A stretch of DNA of 64,000 bases from a virus. This document shows positions 60,940 to 64,000 of the stretch, in pieces. The notes beneath the pieces were generated by a model that saw only the letters and a program-made list of their open reading frames with translations, ran no database searches and was not told where the DNA came from. Where the stretch lies: positions 5,067-69,066 of the IMG/VR virus record IMGVR_UViG_3300036398_002819; one strand, written 5' to 3'. Position numbers and translations under genes: made by a program. Position 1 is the first letter of the stretch. Each line of letters starts with the position of its first letter.

Positions 60940-61010
60940 TTTAGCTCCTGTTTTAATGAATAAAACAGAACTTTTATAAAGGAGGTTGCTATCTCCTTAT
61001 TTTTATTTAA
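60940..61010 (-). promoter_or_regulatory. Structured 5' leader (two stems, possible pseudoknot)
   Basis: AAGGAG-AUAGCAAC-CUCCUU-UAUAAAAGUU-CUGUUUUA-UUCAU-UAAAACAG-GAGCUAAAAUG. Confidence 0.5.
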
Positions 61011-61333
61011 CGATTTAGTTCTCTGATGTTATAATTGTCAGAATTTAGGTATTTTAAGAGTTCAAGAGCAATTAGACGAGGATTTCCATCACCACATGTA
61101 TAAACATCAATTGCAAGACATCTATTTTCAGGCCATGTATGACAAGAAACATGACTTTCTGCAAGTGCAATGACGATTGTACAACCCTGAGGAACAAAAC
61201 AATGAGAAAAAACATTCAAAATCGTCATTTTTGCACGATTTATACCACTAATCATGACATTTTGAAGAGCATTGCTATCATTGATTAGTGAATAATTAAC
61301 ATCATACACCTCTAAAAGAAGATGATTTCCCAT
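61007..61333 (-). CDS. speD: S-adenosylmethionine decarboxylase proenzyme (pyruvoyl, class 1b)
   Basis: MGNHLLLE, F.PQG.T, LAE|SH self-cleavage site, HTWPE, DVYTCG; an alternative TTG start lies at 61348. Confidence 0.9.
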   Translation of the reverse strand: MGNHLLLEVYDVNYSLINDSNALQNVMISGINRAKMTILNVFSHCFVPQGCTIVIALAESHVSCHTWPENRCLAIDVYTCGDGNPRLIALELLKYLNSDNYNIRELNR

Positions 61334-61378
61334 TGAGAACTGTTTCAATTCAGTATCGTGCAAAAAATTTATTTATTT

Positions 61379-62008
61379 CTATTTTAGATCAGTAATTTCA
61401 TATATGTAATGATCAGAAGTCTCCAATTTTCTTTTGTTTTCTACAGAATATATTGTCATATCAATTTCATATCCTGGATTTTTATCAATTCTGTTAAATG
61501 TCCAAGCATTGTCATACCAAATAATACGATTGTTTGGATATGCATAATAATTTCCAGTCTCAACCTTGAATAAATGAGCGCATTTGTGCTCTGGTGTCTC
61601 AGAAAAGTTTAAGTCTGGTATTCCTTTATTCTCCCAAGACCAATCGAGAGTGAACATATAAGTTCCGAGAACTTTTTTTCCATCTGGGCGAATTAATTCT
61701 GCTTGTAATCCAGAAAGACGTGATCTTTTTTGTACATCAATATATGGTGAAAAACAGTCCCAATACATAATGTCTTCAAGTGGTTCAATCAGAGCATCAG
61801 GTTTCCAGCAAAAAGCGTGAAGTGGCCTTCTGGTCCAATTCACGCCATTTTCAAGAAACGCCTCAAACAAAGGCACTCTTTTTTCGATACTTGCAACAGA
61901 ATGTACATCACATTTGGTTACTTCACCATGTCCTTTTTGATGATTGAAAAGAAACTCATTACGAATGTAACAAGACCAATCTGGAAGACTATGGTTTAAG
62001 TATGCCAT
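61379..62008 (-). CDS. Conserved phage hypothetical protein
   Basis: 209 aa, MAYLNHSLP, WDCFS, YMFTLDW, EHKCAH, GNYYAYPNNRI. Confidence 0.8.
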   Translation of the reverse strand: MAYLNHSLPDWSCYIRNEFLFNHQKGHGEVTKCDVHSVASIEKRVPLFEAFLENGVNWTRRPLHAFCWKPDALIEPLEDIMYWDCFSPYIDVQKRSRLSGLQAELIRPDGKKVLGTYMFTLDWSWENKGIPDLNFSETPEHKCAHLFKVETGNYYAYPNNRIIWYDNAWTFNRIDKNPGYEIDMTIYSVENKRKLETSDHYIYEITDLK

Positions 62009-62163
62009 TATCCTTTTCCTTGACCCCTATATTTCTTACGTGCTTTATTACGAGAAGACGCAGCGTACTTAGTACCTCCACCATCTCCTTGGCGAGACTT
62101 TTTAGGCGGCCCTGGAATATAAGAACTATTTTTATTTAAACCACCTTTTGCTTTCACTGCCAT
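62008..62163 (-). CDS. Small basic Gly/Lys/Arg-rich protein (51 aa, not in ORF track)
   Basis: MAVKAKGGLNKNSSYIPGPPKKSRQGDGGGTKYAASSRNKARKKYRGQGKG*; AGGAG upstream, TAATG coupling downstream. Confidence 0.75.
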   Translation of the reverse strand: MAVKAKGGLNKNSSYIPGPPKKSRQGDGGGTKYAASSRNKARKKYRGQGKG

Positions 62164-62168
62164 AAGAC

Positions 62169-62339
62169 TCAATCTCCTTTTACAATTTCAGTGTGTATTT
62201 CATGAGGTGCAGGAGTTCCTTTTTCATAGAACTCCTGTGCCAAATCTATCATCACATCCAAATAATCTTCTTCCGAAAGATCACAATAAATTTTACGACC
62301 ATTGCAGTAGATGTTATATTTTTCGTGATTGTTTGTCAT
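62169..62339 (-). CDS. Small hypothetical protein (56 aa)
   Basis: Likely start MTNNHEKY at 62339, just after the glycosyltransferase stop. Confidence 0.7.
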   Translation of the reverse strand: MTNNHEKYNIYCNGRKIYCDLSEEDYLDVMIDLAQEFYEKGTPAPHEIHTEIVKGD

Positions 62340-62343
62340 AAAA

Positions 62344-63102
62344 TCAAATGACTCTTGTTTTTTCGTGACCAACTCTGATACGAGGATCACACCAAATTTC
62401 AAATCCTGCTTCCTTTGCGTCCAGACAGAATGACACATCTTCTCCGCACATATCTTGCACTTCTCCAGATTCGAAAACCTGCATCTTTGGTGCAAACCAT
62501 GGATACTTCATTTCTGGATGTTCAAATACACCCTTCTTGATCATTAACCAACCAAATCCAGCATAGTCTACTGTAAATGGTTTGCGTCTTTTGGCAATGC
62601 TTTCCAGTGTCTCATGATTCATGACTCCACCATTCGATCGGAAATCATCTTCTTCCATCCAGTGTGCGACTGATGTTGTATGTCCATCTTCGGTGCAATA
62701 CCAACCACTTGCAATGTCTTTATCCATGAGGATTAATTGCCAAAATTTTTCAGTGTTGAAAATAATATCGGAATCGATCCAAATTTGCCAATCGTAATTT
62801 AGTTTACCATCCCAAGGAAGTTGATCAGGTCCTCTTAATACGTTTGCTCCAAGACATTTACATCTTGCAAAATTAACCATGGATGAATAATCTTGTGAGA
62901 TTTGAATGCTTGCTCCTGCCTGCACAAGATCGAAACAAAGTTGCACAAAGTTCTTTAAGTAAGCGTATGAAACTCCTCTTCCGGGTAAACAAAAGACAAT
63001 GGATTTTCCTTTTACCATTTCTTTTGCTAATTCATAATCCCATTCTTGTGTTGTTTGAGATGGAATTGGTGCTTTTGCTTTTACAGTAAATCCTTTAGAC
63101 AT
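62344..63102 (-). CDS. GT-A fold (GT2-like) glycosyltransferase
   Basis: VNFARC, WIDSD (DxD), GFGWLMIKKGVFE, GEDVSFC, IRVGHEK. Confidence 0.85.
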   Translation of the reverse strand: MSKGFTVKAKAPIPSQTTQEWDYELAKEMVKGKSIVFCLPGRGVSYAYLKNFVQLCFDLVQAGASIQISQDYSSMVNFARCKCLGANVLRGPDQLPWDGKLNYDWQIWIDSDIIFNTEKFWQLILMDKDIASGWYCTEDGHTTSVAHWMEEDDFRSNGGVMNHETLESIAKRRKPFTVDYAGFGWLMIKKGVFEHPEMKYPWFAPKMQVFESGEVQDMCGEDVSFCLDAKEAGFEIWCDPRIRVGHEKTRVI

Positions 63103-63125
63103 AATTGAATAATTTTTACTTCAGT

Positions 63126-63154
63126 ATCATACCAGTTATATAGCACTTTGTCAA
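63126..63154 (-). promoter_or_regulatory. Sigma70-type promoter for the glycosyltransferase
   Basis: Minus strand TTGACA-17 nt-TATGAT. Confidence 0.75.
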
Positions 63155-63342
63155 TGAGATGAATTTAGTGCAAGATCTTTTGATTTAATAACTTTTTCAT
63201 AGGAAAGATCATTTTTCTTCGAATCATCTGTGATTGAAAGAAACTCCGAGATCATTTTCCAAGTCAAATTAAATTCATCTTCAGGTAATGAATGGTAGAT
63301 GCACTTATTTCTTAAGTATATGTGATAGAGTGTTTCAGTCAT
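63151..63342 (-). CDS. Small hypothetical protein (63 aa)
   Basis: Start MTETLYHIY at 63342, overlapping the AbrB-like stop. Confidence 0.7.
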   Translation of the reverse strand: MTETLYHIYLRNKCIYHSLPEDEFNLTWKMISEFLSITDDSKKNDLSYEKVIKSKDLALNSSH

Positions 63343-63511
63343 TTTCTTTTTCTGTAAGTATAATTTCGTTTCCATCAATTGTAAACTGTATTTCAGTATC
63401 TTCATACCACGAAAGTTCATTAATAATCCATTCAGGTATTCTAATATAATATTCACCATTTATTGGATCGACTTCTAGGGGTCTAAAATTTTCTGAGGAA
63501 TTTTTTTTCAT
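63335..63511 (-). CDS. AbrB/SpoVT-like small DNA-binding protein
   Basis: YYIRIPEWIINELSWYEDTEIQFTIDGNEIILT fits the swapped-hairpin pattern +.IP..+...L.W..G..+.+.......+. Confidence 0.7.
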   Translation of the reverse strand: MKKNSSENFRPLEVDPINGEYYIRIPEWIINELSWYEDTEIQFTIDGNEIILTEKEND

Positions 63512-63571
63512 GTAGGGGAGTTCATTTTTCAATTTTATATAGGGATTTTTTGTTTTTGGTTGGTGATGTTT

Positions 63572-63650
63572 TTTTTTGAAGTAATATGCGTCTTATATTT
63601 ACTTCCGGAATTTTTTGTTTTTTGAAGTATTGTTTGCCTTATATTTACTT
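63572..63650. repeat. Two imperfect ~33-bp direct repeats
   Basis: ttttttgaagtaatatgcgtcttatatttactt / ttttttgaagtattgtttgccttatatttactt. Confidence 0.8.
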
Positions 63651-63758
63651 TTATAGATTGGCAAGGTTCCTTGGCTTATTATACGCCCCCCATGAACCCC
63701 CCGCATCCGCCATCGCGGCGGATTAGGACTGCCAAACACGCATAACGCCCCACGAATA

Positions 63759-63787
63759 GGGCGGCAGAGTATAAACAACTGCCGCCC
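63759..63787. other. GC-rich hairpin downstream of the DUF6011-like gene
   Basis: gggcggcag-11 nt-ctgccgccc; no U-tract. Confidence 0.6.
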
Positions 63788-63799
63788 ACTAATTATACC

Positions 63800-64000
63800 T
63801 TACAGACCAAACTTCTCCCTGCAGATAGGACCGATTCCCAACTCGATTGAGAGGGCATTGGTTAACTCACGCCCGCAGCATGAGCACGAACCAGTCTGCT
63901 GCCCGTAGAGTTTGGCAGCAGCGTAAGGATCAGCGGCAACGGATTGCACCTTCTGAATGAACTCTACCTCACCCAGATTTGTCTCATTGGATGTGATCCA
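63800..64000 (-). CDS. DUF6011-like zinc-finger protein (5'-truncated by window edge)
   Basis: ...ADPYAAAKLYGQQTGSCSCCGRELTNALSIELGIGPICREKFGL*. Confidence 0.75.
   Translation of the reverse strand, partial: WITSNETNLGEVEFIQKVQSVAADPYAAAKLYGQQTGSCSCCGRELTNALSIELGIGPICREKFGL

Noticed and set aside
62340-62495. N-terminal extension of the 108-aa ORF (likewise the extension of 63151..63459)
   Set aside because: Overlaps the upstream gene out of frame; downstream ATGs at gene junctions are more plausible starts.
63572-63650. Possible mini-CRISPR array
   Set aside because: Only two imperfect repeats with a ~13-nt T-rich gap and no cas genes.
63690-63799. Possible tRNA in the GC-rich region
   Set aside because: No cloverleaf, T-loop GTTC or acceptor stem found.

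Overview
This window is a 64-kb segment of a large T4-like myovirus. Its gene set and order match T4-like cyanophages (Kyanoviridae-type), although no photosystem gene lies in the window, so the host is inferred. Essentially all genes are on the minus strand. In transcription order (right to left) the window holds: the end of a GC-richer early-type gene (DUF6011-like zinc finger); a structured non-coding junction; AbrB-like, glycosyltransferase and speD accessory genes; the baseplate module (gp25, gp6, a 4297-aa gp7-like protein, gp8, a 2526-aa VrlC-like protein); neck/terminase/tail/head genes (gp13-gp23, gp3); uvsY, uvsW, gp55, an HNH homing endonuclease, gp47 and gp46; a UDP-sugar dehydrogenase; a vWA/CobS (MoxR) pair; gp45, a denV-like glycosylase, gp44 and a DUF4338-like gene. 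Several small ORFs under 60 aa missing from the ORF track were translated by hand. The most interesting candidates, all unverified, are: (1) an NblA-like 54-aa ORF hidden in the virion gene block; (2) a riboswitch-like pseudoknot/SD-sequestering RNA element just downstream of speD; (3) a set of head-packaged cargo proteins, including an apparent gp21-cleaved polyprotein; (4) a small basic ORF whose terminator would yield non-stop mRNA; (5) a shared box-hairpin-TATAAT promoter cassette; (6) a lone antisense sigma70 promoter and a G-tract/iteron region as origin candidates; (7) a pervasive G-[IL]-x-T motif in virion proteins. Family assignments come from motif recognition, not database searches.
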